Of a DNA stretch of 64,000 nt, positions 27,507 to 37,213 are shown one piece after another. The position numbers were made by a program, and so were the translations under genes. The stretch is from Candidatus Collierbacteria bacterium UBA2277 (GTDB lineage: Bacteria > Patescibacteriota > Microgenomatia > UBA1400 > MFAQ01), in contig DDWV01000001.1 in the NCBI GenBank assembly GCA_002347045.1, forward strand, positions 419,844-483,843, in the 5' to 3' direction. A model generated the notes under the pieces. It searched no databases. It was not told where the DNA came from and was given only the letters and a program-made list of their open reading frames with translations. Position 1 is the first letter of the stretch. The number at the start of each line of letters is the position of its first letter.

Positions 27507-28932
27507 GATCTTTTTCAAGCTGTAGATTATTGTATCTTGCCGTGAAAGACTCTTGTGTCTCTTGAAGAGTGTTTAATACTCCTATGTGTCCATCCTTAAC
27601 ACGGACTGAATACGATTTCGAAGGGAGCGGATTTCCATTTTTGTCGGCTTTTAGTGTTGAGTCTAGAAAATGAAGAGTAATTGGATTACCATTTTTATTT
27701 TTCAATGGTGTCTCAATGTGGTCCTCGTGGTGTGTGTGCCCACCAACTACACAAACAACGTTGCTTCTCTGAAAAATATCGTTTTCTACTCCGAATGAGT
27801 TGATGATTCTAGATGGATGATGACCAATAACAACAATCTCTCCAGGGAAATCTATCATCCTTTTAAGTACTATATCTTGATATTTTCTTTTCAATTCAAG
27901 CATTGTTTTGCCGTTTTCATCAGCTCTTTTCAGAAAATCACTCACCCATACAGGATTCTCTATGTTGGTGTCAACGGCTATAACTAAAGCATCGCCTATC
28001 TCTTGATAAAATATTTTCTGCCCTAGTAGTTCTGATAGCATACTTATAGATTCGGGAATACGAGAGTCTTGATCGTGATTCCCATAGACAGAGAACATTT
28101 TGGCGTCAATCTCATGTTTGTCAGTTAGTTCAGTTAACATCCGAAGATAATCACCCTCAACTCCGAGTTGATCTATGAAGGTAGCACCGTCGGTAACTTG
28201 ATCACCTGTTCTTACAATAATTGATGTTGAGCTATCATTAGACTCTTTGTCTTGCTGACTTTTCTTTACAAGATATTTACTCAACCAACTATTGAATAAA
28301 AACCTCGCCTCTGTTCTTACGATGTGTTTATAGGTTACAGAGGAAGAAGGGATTTTTTCATCAGAGTTATATTCAGGAGTTTGAAAATCAGGCTGGTATT
28401 TGTTCTGAGGTGTTTTAAGATTTTTTATGGTCTCAACTACTGAACCGACGATGCGTTCTGGAGCATAACGTTTAAAAGCTAATGAGCGTGTTCCTGCTGA
28501 GATATCGCTTGGAGTTTCGTGTTCGTCTGATATAAAAAATAATGTTACATCTGAAATCTCACCCAAAGGATTGATCACGTCTTCAACGTTCCTGACAACT
28601 ACTATTTTTGCTTCTTTCTTTAATGAAGATATCATGTCAGAAATTTCTTGAAGCTTTTCTTGTTCTTGATTTTTTGACTGAATCTCTTTTGATGATTCTT
28701 CCGAATCTGATATTGCCTTTTTGATGTCATCAGTTCTTAAGCTTGAGTATTCTATTGGAAGACTTCCGCCTCTCTCTGGACCCTCAATGTGTGTTATGCA
28801 TATTTTAAGAAATTTTTCTTCGATTGAAAGTAGTCTTCTGACTGGAGTTAGCGATGACTTCCTAAGTGGTTTAACGGTTTCTGTGGTGTCATTAGTATAT
28901 CTATCTGCCTCATTACTTCTTATCTGTTCCAT
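27499..28932 (-). CDS. calcineurin-like metallophosphoesterase with long N-terminal extension
   Basis: TGDQVTDG, VYGNHDQ, VVGGHTHHED motifs. Confidence 0.6.
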   Translation of the reverse strand: MEQIRSNEADRYTNDTTETVKPLRKSSLTPVRRLLSIEEKFLKICITHIEGPERGGSLPIEYSSLRTDDIKKAISDSEESSKEIQSKNQEQEKLQEISDMISSLKKEAKIVVVRNVEDVINPLGEISDVTLFFISDEHETPSDISAGTRSLAFKRYAPERIVGSVVETIKNLKTPQNKYQPDFQTPEYNSDEKIPSSSVTYKHIVRTEARFLFNSWLSKYLVKKSQQDKESNDSSTSIIVRTGDQVTDGATFIDQLGVEGDYLRMLTELTDKHEIDAKMFSVYGNHDQDSRIPESISMLSELLGQKIFYQEIGDALVIAVDTNIENPVWVSDFLKRADENGKTMLELKRKYQDIVLKRMIDFPGEIVVIGHHPSRIINSFGVENDIFQRSNVVCVVGGHTHHEDHIETPLKNKNGNPITLHFLDSTLKADKNGNPLPSKSYSVRVKDGHIGVLNTLQETQESFTARYNNLQLEKDLI

Positions 28933-28955
28933 ATAGTGATTTTTTTAATAGTATT

Positions 28956-29804
28956 TTATTTCTCAAATGTTTTATTCCAAACCAGAAGTAGAGGGGCTGC
29001 CGTGAAAGTGGATGAGTAAGTGCCGGTGATTGTTCCTATTAGTAGTGCCAGAGAAAAATATCTGGTGGTTTCTCCTCCAATTAAAAAGAGCGCAACTAAC
29101 ATAAAGATTATTGTTAGTGAGTTGTTGAGAGATCTAACCATAGTCTCGGTGACTGCTTGATTGATAAGACTGAGAGAGTCAGTTTTTTTATTTTTGTGAG
29201 ATAGTTCTCGAATACGATCATAAACAACAATAGTGTCGTGAACTGAAAATGAAAGTATTGTGAGAACAGCAGTTACAAAAAGAAGATCAATTTCGACACC
29301 GTAAAAATGCCCAATAATTGAAAAACTGCCTAGTAAGACAACTGTGTCATGAAATGTAGCGAGCAGCGCACAGACTCCATACTTTAGCTGCTTGAAAACA
29401 AAGCTTATATACGCAAGAAGCATAGCGCTGGCTATGACTAAAGCTGAGATCGTTTTTTTTATTGTCTCCTGACCAAGAGCTGGACCAATACTTTCAAAAC
29501 TAGTTATTTTTATTTCAGGACTGTCTTCTTTGAGTGGATCGAGCGCTGCCTGAGCTGTTTCTTGAGATATGTTTTTTAGTTTTAAAGTAATGGAGATAGA
29601 GTCTTGGTCTTCCAAAATGGGAGAGTACTCCTGAAAAGATTGAGTGACCATGTCTGAAGAACTGAAATCTACTACAGTAAGTCTGGTTCCACCCGTAAAC
29701 TCTATTGAGGGTTTTAGCCCGAAGCGAACAAGAGAAAAAATCCCTGGCACGATGACGAGCGCTGAAATCAAAAAGTAAACCCAAACATGTTTCATCCAGT
29801 TCAT
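28956..29804 (-). CDS. secF: protein translocase subunit SecF
   Basis: Membrane protein, IEFTGGT motif, follows secD. Confidence 0.75.
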   Translation of the reverse strand: MNWMKHVWVYFLISALVIVPGIFSLVRFGLKPSIEFTGGTRLTVVDFSSSDMVTQSFQEYSPILEDQDSISITLKLKNISQETAQAALDPLKEDSPEIKITSFESIGPALGQETIKKTISALVIASAMLLAYISFVFKQLKYGVCALLATFHDTVVLLGSFSIIGHFYGVEIDLLFVTAVLTILSFSVHDTIVVYDRIRELSHKNKKTDSLSLINQAVTETMVRSLNNSLTIIFMLVALFLIGGETTRYFSLALLIGTITGTYSSTFTAAPLLLVWNKTFEK

Positions 29805-31153
29805 ATTATTTTTGATTTTTTGATTTCTAATGTTTTGCTTTTGTAGAAAAGACGGAGAAGATTTCGTGTGACAATGATGCCAGTGAATAGAGATATGAAA
29901 ATTCCAAGAATTAATGTGAGGGCAAATCCCCTAACAGCACCTGATGTGTTTAGAAAATCCCAGTCTAAAGGATTAAAAAGGATAAAACCCGTGATAATTG
30001 TGGCGGTGTTAGCGTCTTTAATGCTGTCCCAAGCTCTACCAAAAGCTAGCTCTAGAGCAACTGTCCAAGTGCGACCTGATCTGATCTCCTCTTTGTATCG
30101 TTCAAAAATTAATATGTTTGAGTCGACGGCCATTCCGACAGATAACAAAAACCCTGCAATTCCAGGAAGACTTAAGACAACCGGAATTAATTTGTATAGA
30201 GTTAAAGTAAATAAGCCATAGAGAACAAGACCTATTGAAGCAATGAATCCCATTTTACCGTAGTTACCAATCATAAAAAATATAACCATGACCAGACCGA
30301 CAGCCCCGGCAGTAACACTTTTGTGGATTGAGTCGGCCCCGAGTGTGGCCGGAATATTTTTTTGACTCAGGACTTTTACTGGGGCAGGTAGAGCCCCAGC
30401 ATTGAGCTGAACTGCCAACTCTTTTGCTTCGAGAGTGGAAAAGCTACCGGTGATCTGAGCGTTACCATCAGTAATTTCCACCTGAACAGTAGGCATTGTA
30501 ACTGGATATCCATCGAGTAAAATGGCTATTGGTTTCCCGATATTTTCTCTGGTTAGCTTTGAAAATTTTTCTCTTCCGGAGTCTTTGAAGGTAATTGCGA
30601 CAGCTGGCTGACGATCTTGTGTTTCAAAAGTAACCTGAGCTCTTTTTAGGTCTGCTCCAGTAAGATCCGTGGGAGTAAATCCAGTTAGCGAAGCAGACTC
30701 TGTAGCTGTCTCTGCTGGAGTAAATTCCGGTAGAGCAAATTCCATTTTGGCTGTTTGACCAATGAGATCAAGTGCTTGTTGAGGGTCTGTGACTCCAGGT
30801 AGTTCTAGGATTAAACGATATTCATTACCTGATACTGCGGTTTTTATACCTGATTCCGATACACCAAACATGTCTATGCGGCGACCAATGATTGTTTTGG
30901 ATGACTCTAAGGCAGTAATCCTGTCTTCTTGAGCAATGTCTTTCATGTCGGCAACTAAGGTTACTTGAAGGCCTCCTTTGATGTCTAGACCTTGCTTGAG
31001 CTCAACTTCTTTTGAAAGGTCAAGGTTTCCAATTTTGAGATTTATCCTTGGAATTTCCCAATTTAATATTTTTGTGGGAAGAACCACATACAAAGATAAA
31101 AGGGTTATTATGCATATAAAAATAAAGACTTTATGTTGTTTTGAAAGATTCAT
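29801..31153 (-). CDS. secD: protein translocase subunit SecD
   Basis: GLDIKGGLQV motif, 12-TM RND-like; secDF pair. Confidence 0.75.
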   Translation of the reverse strand: MNLSKQHKVFIFICIITLLSLYVVLPTKILNWEIPRINLKIGNLDLSKEVELKQGLDIKGGLQVTLVADMKDIAQEDRITALESSKTIIGRRIDMFGVSESGIKTAVSGNEYRLILELPGVTDPQQALDLIGQTAKMEFALPEFTPAETATESASLTGFTPTDLTGADLKRAQVTFETQDRQPAVAITFKDSGREKFSKLTRENIGKPIAILLDGYPVTMPTVQVEITDGNAQITGSFSTLEAKELAVQLNAGALPAPVKVLSQKNIPATLGADSIHKSVTAGAVGLVMVIFFMIGNYGKMGFIASIGLVLYGLFTLTLYKLIPVVLSLPGIAGFLLSVGMAVDSNILIFERYKEEIRSGRTWTVALELAFGRAWDSIKDANTATIITGFILFNPLDWDFLNTSGAVRGFALTLILGIFISLFTGIIVTRNLLRLFYKSKTLEIKKSKII

Positions 31154-31174
31154 GAATATGAATTATATATGCTT

Positions 31175-31366
31175 TTACTGCCTTCTTTTGGGAGTAAGTC
31201 CAAGGCTGAGCTGATGGCTGTCAACAAAGCTAACTGTAAGCGAACTGTTGAGTTCTCTTTGTACTTGTACATTGTCGCCAGGTTTTAAAGAAAGATCTTT
31301 TACTAGATTTGAAGGCAGTGTAATTCCAAGAGAGTTGCCGACTTTGAGAATTTTTTGAGTAGACAT
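31175..31366 (-). CDS. AbrB/MazE/SpoVT family swapped-hairpin DNA-binding protein (antitoxin-like)
   Basis: ILKVGNSLGITLP...LKPGDNV typical of AbrB/MazE fold. Confidence 0.5.
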   Translation of the reverse strand: MSTQKILKVGNSLGITLPSNLVKDLSLKPGDNVQVQRELNSSLTVSFVDSHQLSLGLTPKRRQ

Positions 31367-31977
31367 TAACTTAGAAGCTGTACCTCATCTCCTAGTAAGG
31401 TTACCCGAGGCTGGAGAAGAACCTTGATAATAAAAGGATCCTGGTGATTTTTTCGATAGTTAAACTCATCTTCTGTCATGCAAGAGTAGTTAATCTCTGT
31501 GCCAAGCATTTTTTCGGCTGACTTAACGAGAATTGCCACTTGAGGCATGATTATTCTACCTATTAACATTAGGTCTACTTCTTCAGGATCTCTATCTAGT
31601 CCACGAGTAAGCTTTTGAGAAACAAAGGCAAATTTTACAAAACCAAGTTTACTTTTATTTTTTAGAACCAGTTTTCCAAGACCAGATGACTTGGAGATTA
31701 GATTTGAAAGCTCAGAGTATAAAGTGTAAGAAGTTTTCACCGAGTAGTACAGGCGATTGCCTCTTTTTTCACTTTTTAGAAGACCAGCTTTTTTAAGATG
31801 TTCCAGCTCTCTACGAACAGCATTAATCTCTTCCTTGGTAATTCGTGTCAGCTCACGAACATAGAACATGTTTTTTGAGTCTGAAAGAAAAATCCTAAGT
31901 AGCTTTACTCTTACTTTTGATATTATTAAGTCTGATAGTTTGGCCATATTTTTGGGGCCGCGTCGCAAGCTATGCAT
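31366..31977 (-). CDS. putative winged-helix transcriptional regulator (203 aa; alternative start MAKLSD at 31947)
   Basis: N-terminal HTH-like (FYVRELTRITKEEINAVRRELEHLKKAGLL). Confidence 0.45.
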   Translation of the reverse strand: MHSLRRGPKNMAKLSDLIISKVRVKLLRIFLSDSKNMFYVRELTRITKEEINAVRRELEHLKKAGLLKSEKRGNRLYYSVKTSYTLYSELSNLISKSSGLGKLVLKNKSKLGFVKFAFVSQKLTRGLDRDPEEVDLMLIGRIIMPQVAILVKSAEKMLGTEINYSCMTEDEFNYRKNHQDPFIIKVLLQPRVTLLGDEVQLLS

Positions 31978-32010
31978 GCAGGCGGACAGGCAGGCCTAAC
32001 TGATAATAGC

Positions 32011-33228
32011 TTAATTGTACTCGACTTTGTTCCCAATGGGTAATATTTCTACCCAGATCTTTCCAGGAGTGAATATAAATTCTTTACCTGATTTGTCAGA
32101 GAAAATAGTGCGAGATTTCTGAGTGGCTTTTTTCCAAGTTACTTCTTGAGCTGTGCCATTTTGAAAAACGTACCCTGTACCGGAACCTATGACATCATAA
32201 TAAAGATGTTTACCGTAATCATTGAGGCTAGTCTCTTTGGCAAACTGAACGACAATATTGGATGCTGCCAGCTGTTGTTTTGTGTCAAAGTCCATGTGAG
32301 GTTTTCCGCCATTAAAACGAAGGTATGTTTTACTTGCTTGGTCGTATTTCCACTCGACAGTAAAGTCAGCATAATTTTTCCAAAAATCGAATTTTATGTC
32401 TGTGGCAGGAATGCTTGAGGCAACTGTGTCTTTGCTTGTTTTCCATGTGGTAAAACCAGAAAGCCAAGTTGTGTTGTCTGGCATTTTTGAGGTGTAGCCA
32501 CGTTTTTCAGCTTGCTTCCAGGCTGCCGGTAGAGATCCAATCATGGTATGTTCTGTGACGTCTGGAGTAGGGTTACCCCGTCGATTAGCGTCTCTAAATA
32601 GCACTGGAACACCTGTGTCTCCAGTAGTATCAAAGTCATTACCACCTGGTTTTCTCCAGCCGAGCTTAGCTAACTCTTCTATGGCAAAAGACTTGGGGTG
32701 AGACACACATTGTCCAGTAGCTTCGTCACGTCCACAGTTGGCGCCTCCGACGTGCATATAGACTGGTGTGTTGTATTCGGCGGCAATATTTACATAGTAA
32801 ATACGAGCAGACCTAACTGGTGCTACTCTGGCGACATCTGACTGAGCTCCACAGTAGAATACACCCATAAAACGAGTGATCCCACCCTCGGCGACAGCTT
32901 CGTATACAACGTCAGCAAGCGATAAACCAGATTGAGGTCTGGTTGAAACATCGTTTTCTATCATAGCGAGAATTGGACGACGAGTTTCCCAAAGATCCTT
33001 TTCTGATTTGCTGTAGAGCATGCCATTTATGGGACAGGCTTCTGTCTTAGGTTCGTTCGCAAATTGACCAAAACCTGAAGACTTGACTTCTTCGGTTTCA
33101 ACTACTTTTGGAGAAATAAGAATACCTCCGGATGGGGGAACAACTGCGTAGGCAATACCGCCAGAAACAAAAAAGGTAAGAATTAAGGCTAGTATTGTTT
33201 TAATTGAAAAGAATTTGAAAGAAGACAT
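32011..33228 (-). CDS. DUF3048 (YerB-like) secreted lipoprotein-type protein
   Basis: Signal peptide; RPILAMIEN...AEGGITRFMGVF motif recalled for DUF3048. Confidence 0.45.
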   Translation of the reverse strand: MSSFKFFSIKTILALILTFFVSGGIAYAVVPPSGGILISPKVVETEEVKSSGFGQFANEPKTEACPINGMLYSKSEKDLWETRRPILAMIENDVSTRPQSGLSLADVVYEAVAEGGITRFMGVFYCGAQSDVARVAPVRSARIYYVNIAAEYNTPVYMHVGGANCGRDEATGQCVSHPKSFAIEELAKLGWRKPGGNDFDTTGDTGVPVLFRDANRRGNPTPDVTEHTMIGSLPAAWKQAEKRGYTSKMPDNTTWLSGFTTWKTSKDTVASSIPATDIKFDFWKNYADFTVEWKYDQASKTYLRFNGGKPHMDFDTKQQLAASNIVVQFAKETSLNDYGKHLYYDVIGSGTGYVFQNGTAQEVTWKKATQKSRTIFSDKSGKEFIFTPGKIWVEILPIGNKVEYN

Positions 33229-33231
33229 AAA

Positions 33232-33684
33232 TTATTTTTGTGCTTGTTTGATAACTTCTTGTTCTTCGCTACTTAAGGCCTGACCAACAACTTTGCCGCC
33301 GTCAATTTTTTTGGCATAAAGGCGTGTGTTTTCGCGACTATGTAATGAGCTTATCATAATTCCATCCCCAAAATCATCTATCAAAACAACGGAAAAACTC
33401 TGATCACCACCAGTATCAGTAAAGGGGTTGTATCTTTTGAAGCCTAGGTGTTGAAAATGTCTTTTGTTTTCCTCTGTCTCCTTGTTCAGTTTTTCACTTA
33501 GATTTTTTAGGTCTTCAGAGTTTCTTTCAGAAACTGAGATGAGTTGATTAAGTGAAGAGATTAAGTCTTTTTTGGAAACATCAGCGGTAAGTCGACGGTA
33601 GTGAAGCAACATCCGCACGAGAAGAATAGTAATAATCACTAACCATAGAGCAAAAATGCCGTATATGTAAATTGTTGGTATCAT
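33232..33684 (-). CDS. small membrane-anchored protein (DUF4446-like)
   Basis: N-terminal TM, C-terminal YNPFTDTGGDQSF...; weak recall. Confidence 0.35.
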   Translation of the reverse strand: MIPTIYIYGIFALWLVIITILLVRMLLHYRRLTADVSKKDLISSLNQLISVSERNSEDLKNLSEKLNKETEENKRHFQHLGFKRYNPFTDTGGDQSFSVVLIDDFGDGIMISSLHSRENTRLYAKKIDGGKVVGQALSSEEQEVIKQAQK

Positions 33685-33686
33685 AG

Positions 33687-33956
33687 ATGATAATTAGTTT
33701 ACTATACCCAAAGATGCAAAAAAAGAAAAAGACTCGAAAAGATAAAGTTAGGAGTCAAGCTCGAAGGAGGCAAAACGAATTGTTCCAGGTTAGCCCTGAA
33801 TGGCTGAAAACAGGCACAAAATCAACCGTAACAGCTAATAATTTGGATGAGTCAGGCTTGAAATATCTACGACTAGACTTGACAAAGACTTTTCTACTAT
33901 CTATGCTTGTCCTAGCCTTGGAGTTGGGTTTGTGGCAATATTTATCAAGGCGTTAA
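33687..33956 (+). CDS. hypothetical small basic protein (89 aa)
   Basis: ORF only, Lys/Arg-rich N-terminus. Confidence 0.25.
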   Translation: MIISLLYPKMQKKKKTRKDKVRSQARRRQNELFQVSPEWLKTGTKSTVTANNLDESGLKYLRLDLTKTFLLSMLVLALELGLWQYLSRR

Positions 33957-33983
33957 CAACAAGAAAGGGGGTGAACCAATTAA

Positions 33984-34124
33984 ATGCAGATCTATTGTGT
34001 AAAATGTAGAGCCAAAAAAGAAGTCGCGGAATTCGAAAGAGTTACCATGAAGAATGGTAAACCAGCCGTTAAAGCTGTTTGTCCAGACTGTGGCACAAAA
34101 ATGTTCAAAATCGGAGCTAAATAA
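33984..34124 (+). CDS. small zinc-ribbon protein (46 aa; CxxC...CxxC)
   Basis: Own translation MQIYCVKCRAKKEVAEFERVTMKNGKPAVKAVCPDCGTKMFKIGAK*; SD AGAAAGGGGGTGA; followed by terminator; not in ORF track. Confidence 0.5.
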   Translation: MQIYCVKCRAKKEVAEFERVTMKNGKPAVKAVCPDCGTKMFKIGAK

Positions 34125-34133
34125 AGTCCGTCA

Positions 34134-34172
34134 AAAAAACCCAAGTGAGAGTAATCTACCTTGGGTTTTTTG
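34134..34172. terminator. bidirectional rho-independent terminator (A6-CCCAAG...CTTGGG-T6)
   Basis: Hairpin flanked by A-run and T-run between convergent genes. Confidence 0.65.
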
Positions 34173-34182
34173 TGAATAGAAA

Positions 34183-34875
34183 CTAGTTCTTTTTTAGATT
34201 TTTGTACCAGCCTTCAAGTAGGGTCTTGACTAGGTCTTTTGATCCAAGACCAAGGCTAATACCAATACCAATTGAGAGAGCGGCAATAAAGCCAGTGAAA
34301 GTGGTTTCGATAAAGTATCTGGCGATGCCAAGCTGTGATATGGCCGCGAGAATAAAGAGAGTCATTGTGGCATAACTGACAATTTTCCCGACCAGGCGAG
34401 AAAAAGCAGGATCTTTTGAGCCGAGAGACCCCTTGACCATCTTCTCTAGAAAACCGGATACTACAATACCAACAACTAGGATAATTACCGAGGCTATTAA
34501 CGTAGGTACTCCGAGAATGATGTTGTTCAAAAATTCACTAACTGAAGAAAGACCAAGAATGTTCACACTAGCAATAAAGAACATAGCAACCGTAAGCCAA
34601 CGAACTACTTCTCCAATAATAATCTCTATTTTGCCGGTAATTTGGGCATTCTTAAGGAACTCTTTTATAGCGGCGTTTTTTACTAGTCCACCCAATTTTG
34701 TAAGATTAACGAGTTTTATGGTTAAAGTTTTAAGCCATCCTGCAATTATCAGGCCAAGTAGAAATAAGACGATTGCACCAAGAAGACTGGGCAAAAAGTT
34801 GATTATCCCAAATAGGATTTGATTAAAAGCGAGAGAAAGAGAGTTTTCGAATGAATAAACTAGATTTGTTTGCAT
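34183..34875 (-). CDS. membrane protein with conserved TM-helix repeats (MscS-associated type)
   Basis: Multiple TM segments, repetitive architecture. Confidence 0.35.
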   Translation of the reverse strand: MQTNLVYSFENSLSLAFNQILFGIINFLPSLLGAIVLFLLGLIIAGWLKTLTIKLVNLTKLGGLVKNAAIKEFLKNAQITGKIEIIIGEVVRWLTVAMFFIASVNILGLSSVSEFLNNIILGVPTLIASVIILVVGIVVSGFLEKMVKGSLGSKDPAFSRLVGKIVSYATMTLFILAAISQLGIARYFIETTFTGFIAALSIGIGISLGLGSKDLVKTLLEGWYKNLKKN

Positions 34876-34947
34876 ACCCCTATCTTATAGAGAAGTATTG
34901 TTTTAGTCAATAAATAGCCATGCAGTATTATGGGGTTTGAGATATAA

Positions 34948-35290
34948 TAGGGGTACTCCCGGGTGCTGGTGAGGAACGCTCCTTCGAGTAATCGAAGGGG
35001 AGGAAAGTCCGGACAGCTAAAAGATAAGGTGACCAGGGAAACCTGGTTTTCCGCCAAGTGATTGGTGGAACGCGATAGGGCCACAGAGACGAATAAAGGT
35101 GAAACGCTCTTGGATACAAGAGATTTCTTAAGAGTAATTTTAAGAAAGTGGTAACCCGCCCTGCTGCAATCGACGAATTGGGATTAAGGTATCTTTTCCG
35201 CCCCAAAAGTCTCGAGCATTAGACAGATGTTCCTCCTTGACAGAATCCGGCTTACTATGACCTGGGAGTCCCGAAAGGGTTTCCGCCAAA
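34948..35290 (+). ncRNA. rnpB: RNase P RNA (bacterial type)
   Basis: GAGGAAAGTCCGGAC, GGTGAAACG, ACAGAATCCGGCTTA conserved blocks; P1 pairing GGTACTCCCGGG / CCTGGGAGTCC; TATAAT just upstream; ORFs 34860..35084 and 34928..35206 are spurious. Confidence 0.8.
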
Positions 35291-35300
35291 GGCGGACTAG

Positions 35301-36296
35301 CTAGTGTATTTCAGGGATGTTGGTTGTCTTGTTCAACTTGACGTGTGCCAATATAACCCTGGCTGAAAGAACAACAGGCAATGAGAGAACAGCTAGTAGA
35401 GGTCCGCCGAGTTTTAGCCCAATCATGATTGCAAGAAGGGTGACAATTGGATTTAATCCGGTAGTTTTTTGCATTACTTTGGGAACAATAACGTTGTTTT
35501 CGAGCTGTTGGACAATGATTGATACAGCAAGGGCTCCAAATCCATGAGCAGTGGAGATTGAAAAGCCTACAAGAACGGCTGGAATGGTAGCTATGGTAGG
35601 CCCGACGTTGGGTACCAGTTCAAGCAGACCAGCAATAACACCAAGAGCAATCGAGTAAGGAAGTCCGACGATTACGTAACCTAGATAACTCAAAACACCA
35701 ACTATCAACATCAAAAAGACTTGTCCTCGGATCCAGTGACCGACCTCGATTTCAAGCTTTTCGGTAATTTGGTAGTATCTGTCCCCTTTTTCACCCCACC
35801 AAAAAGTGAAGTAGTCTTTTAGGTGATGCATCTCTTGGATCATGTAGTAACTAAGAACGATTACAGCAAATACGGTTATAAATCCTGAGAAAGTGCCAAT
35901 AGCTAGTTTGAAAACTTGATTTGGGACTTGAGATATCTGAGGAGTAAAGGAGTTGACATCAATCTTGATTGGGCTTACTGTCTCGATAAGAACAGGTAGT
36001 TTCTGAATAAACTGCTGAGTCTGAGAGAATAATGGGGAGGCAACTGATACAGCAAGGGTAATGATTAGTCCAAAAAAAGTAAGGAGAATTAGAATTGCTG
36101 AGATGCCCCTTTTTATCTTGAACTTTTCTAGCCAGTCGACAAGAGGAACTGTTGCCAGAGTAATAAGAATTGAACAAAAAATTAGGGCAAGAATGTCTAA
36201 AAGCTGAATAATGCTAAAAACAATAGCGAGAGAAAACAATACCCAGAAGATGCTTCCAATGGAGATGTCAAGAGTAATACGTTTTTTATTTAACAT
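35301..36296 (-). CDS. AI-2E family transporter (PerM/YhhT-like)
   Basis: 8-TM architecture and size typical. Confidence 0.55.
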   Translation of the reverse strand: MLNKKRITLDISIGSIFWVLFSLAIVFSIIQLLDILALIFCSILITLATVPLVDWLEKFKIKRGISAILILLTFFGLIITLAVSVASPLFSQTQQFIQKLPVLIETVSPIKIDVNSFTPQISQVPNQVFKLAIGTFSGFITVFAVIVLSYYMIQEMHHLKDYFTFWWGEKGDRYYQITEKLEIEVGHWIRGQVFLMLIVGVLSYLGYVIVGLPYSIALGVIAGLLELVPNVGPTIATIPAVLVGFSISTAHGFGALAVSIIVQQLENNVIVPKVMQKTTGLNPIVTLLAIMIGLKLGGPLLAVLSLPVVLSARVILAHVKLNKTTNIPEIH

Positions 36297-37209
36297 TTAT
36301 GTAATATTTTTTCAATTCTTCGACAAGTTTTTTCTTATCGGTATCTTTATCATACCAAATAATGCCTGGTTGTTTTTTGAACCAGACTACCTGACGACGA
36401 GCATAATCAACTTCGTCGCCGGTCCAGAGAGATATAAGCTCTGGCAAGGAGATTTTCTTATTGAGAAACTCGATTATGCGCGATAAGCCAAGGCTCGACA
36501 GGAGAGGAGAGTTATGGTTGCTTATTTTTTTTGTCAACGCTTTTACTTCTTCAAGAGCCCCTTGATCTATTCGAGAAATAACTCTGTCTCTGATGTTTTT
36601 GCGAAGCGTGTCTTTATCGGGCATTAGTCCTATCCATATGTACTCAACATCTTGCTTTTTTAAACCACCTTCAGGCCTGACATCTTTAGATTGTGAAACT
36701 TCAATTGCCCGAATGAGTCGTCTTGGATTCATAAAGTCTGATCTGTTAAGGGACGAGAATTTTTCTGGATTAACTTGCTTTAGTTTTTCTTGAAGCTTAG
36801 AGAGAGGTAATTTATCCAGTGTTTTTCTTAGTTTTTGATTTGGCGGAATTATTATGTCTGATAAATTCTCTGTAATAGCTTTTAGATATAAACCAGTTCC
36901 TCCTACGACGATTAGTGGAGTGTTTGAGTTTATCGAGCTATCGATAACTTCATTTGCATATCTTTCAAATTCTGCCAGATTTGTTACCTTGTCTGGAGAA
37001 ATAATTCCTTGTCCAAAAATTTTTATATTTTTGGGAAGATTTTTGGGGGTGTCTTTTCCTGTTACGATATCTAGTCCTTGATATACCTGCCTTGAGTCAA
37101 CGGATAATACATTTGCTTCATTTAGCTCTTTGGCAAGTTGAAGTGCTACGCCAGTTTTCCCGGATGATGTTGGACCACAGATGATAACTACCTTTCGTTT
37201 GTTTGACAC
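36286..37209 (-). CDS. miaA: tRNA dimethylallyltransferase
   Basis: GPTSSGKT P-loop, SVDSRQVY, 307 aa. Confidence 0.8.
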   Translation of the reverse strand: MSNKRKVVIICGPTSSGKTGVALQLAKELNEANVLSVDSRQVYQGLDIVTGKDTPKNLPKNIKIFGQGIISPDKVTNLAEFERYANEVIDSSINSNTPLIVVGGTGLYLKAITENLSDIIIPPNQKLRKTLDKLPLSKLQEKLKQVNPEKFSSLNRSDFMNPRRLIRAIEVSQSKDVRPEGGLKKQDVEYIWIGLMPDKDTLRKNIRDRVISRIDQGALEEVKALTKKISNHNSPLLSSLGLSRIIEFLNKKISLPELISLWTGDEVDYARRQVVWFKKQPGIIWYDKDTDKKKLVEELKKYYINVK

Positions 37210-37213
37210 TTTT

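Noticed and set aside
34860-35206. ORFs 34860..35084 and 34928..35206 (-)
   Set aside because: They lie entirely within the RNase P RNA gene on the opposite strand.
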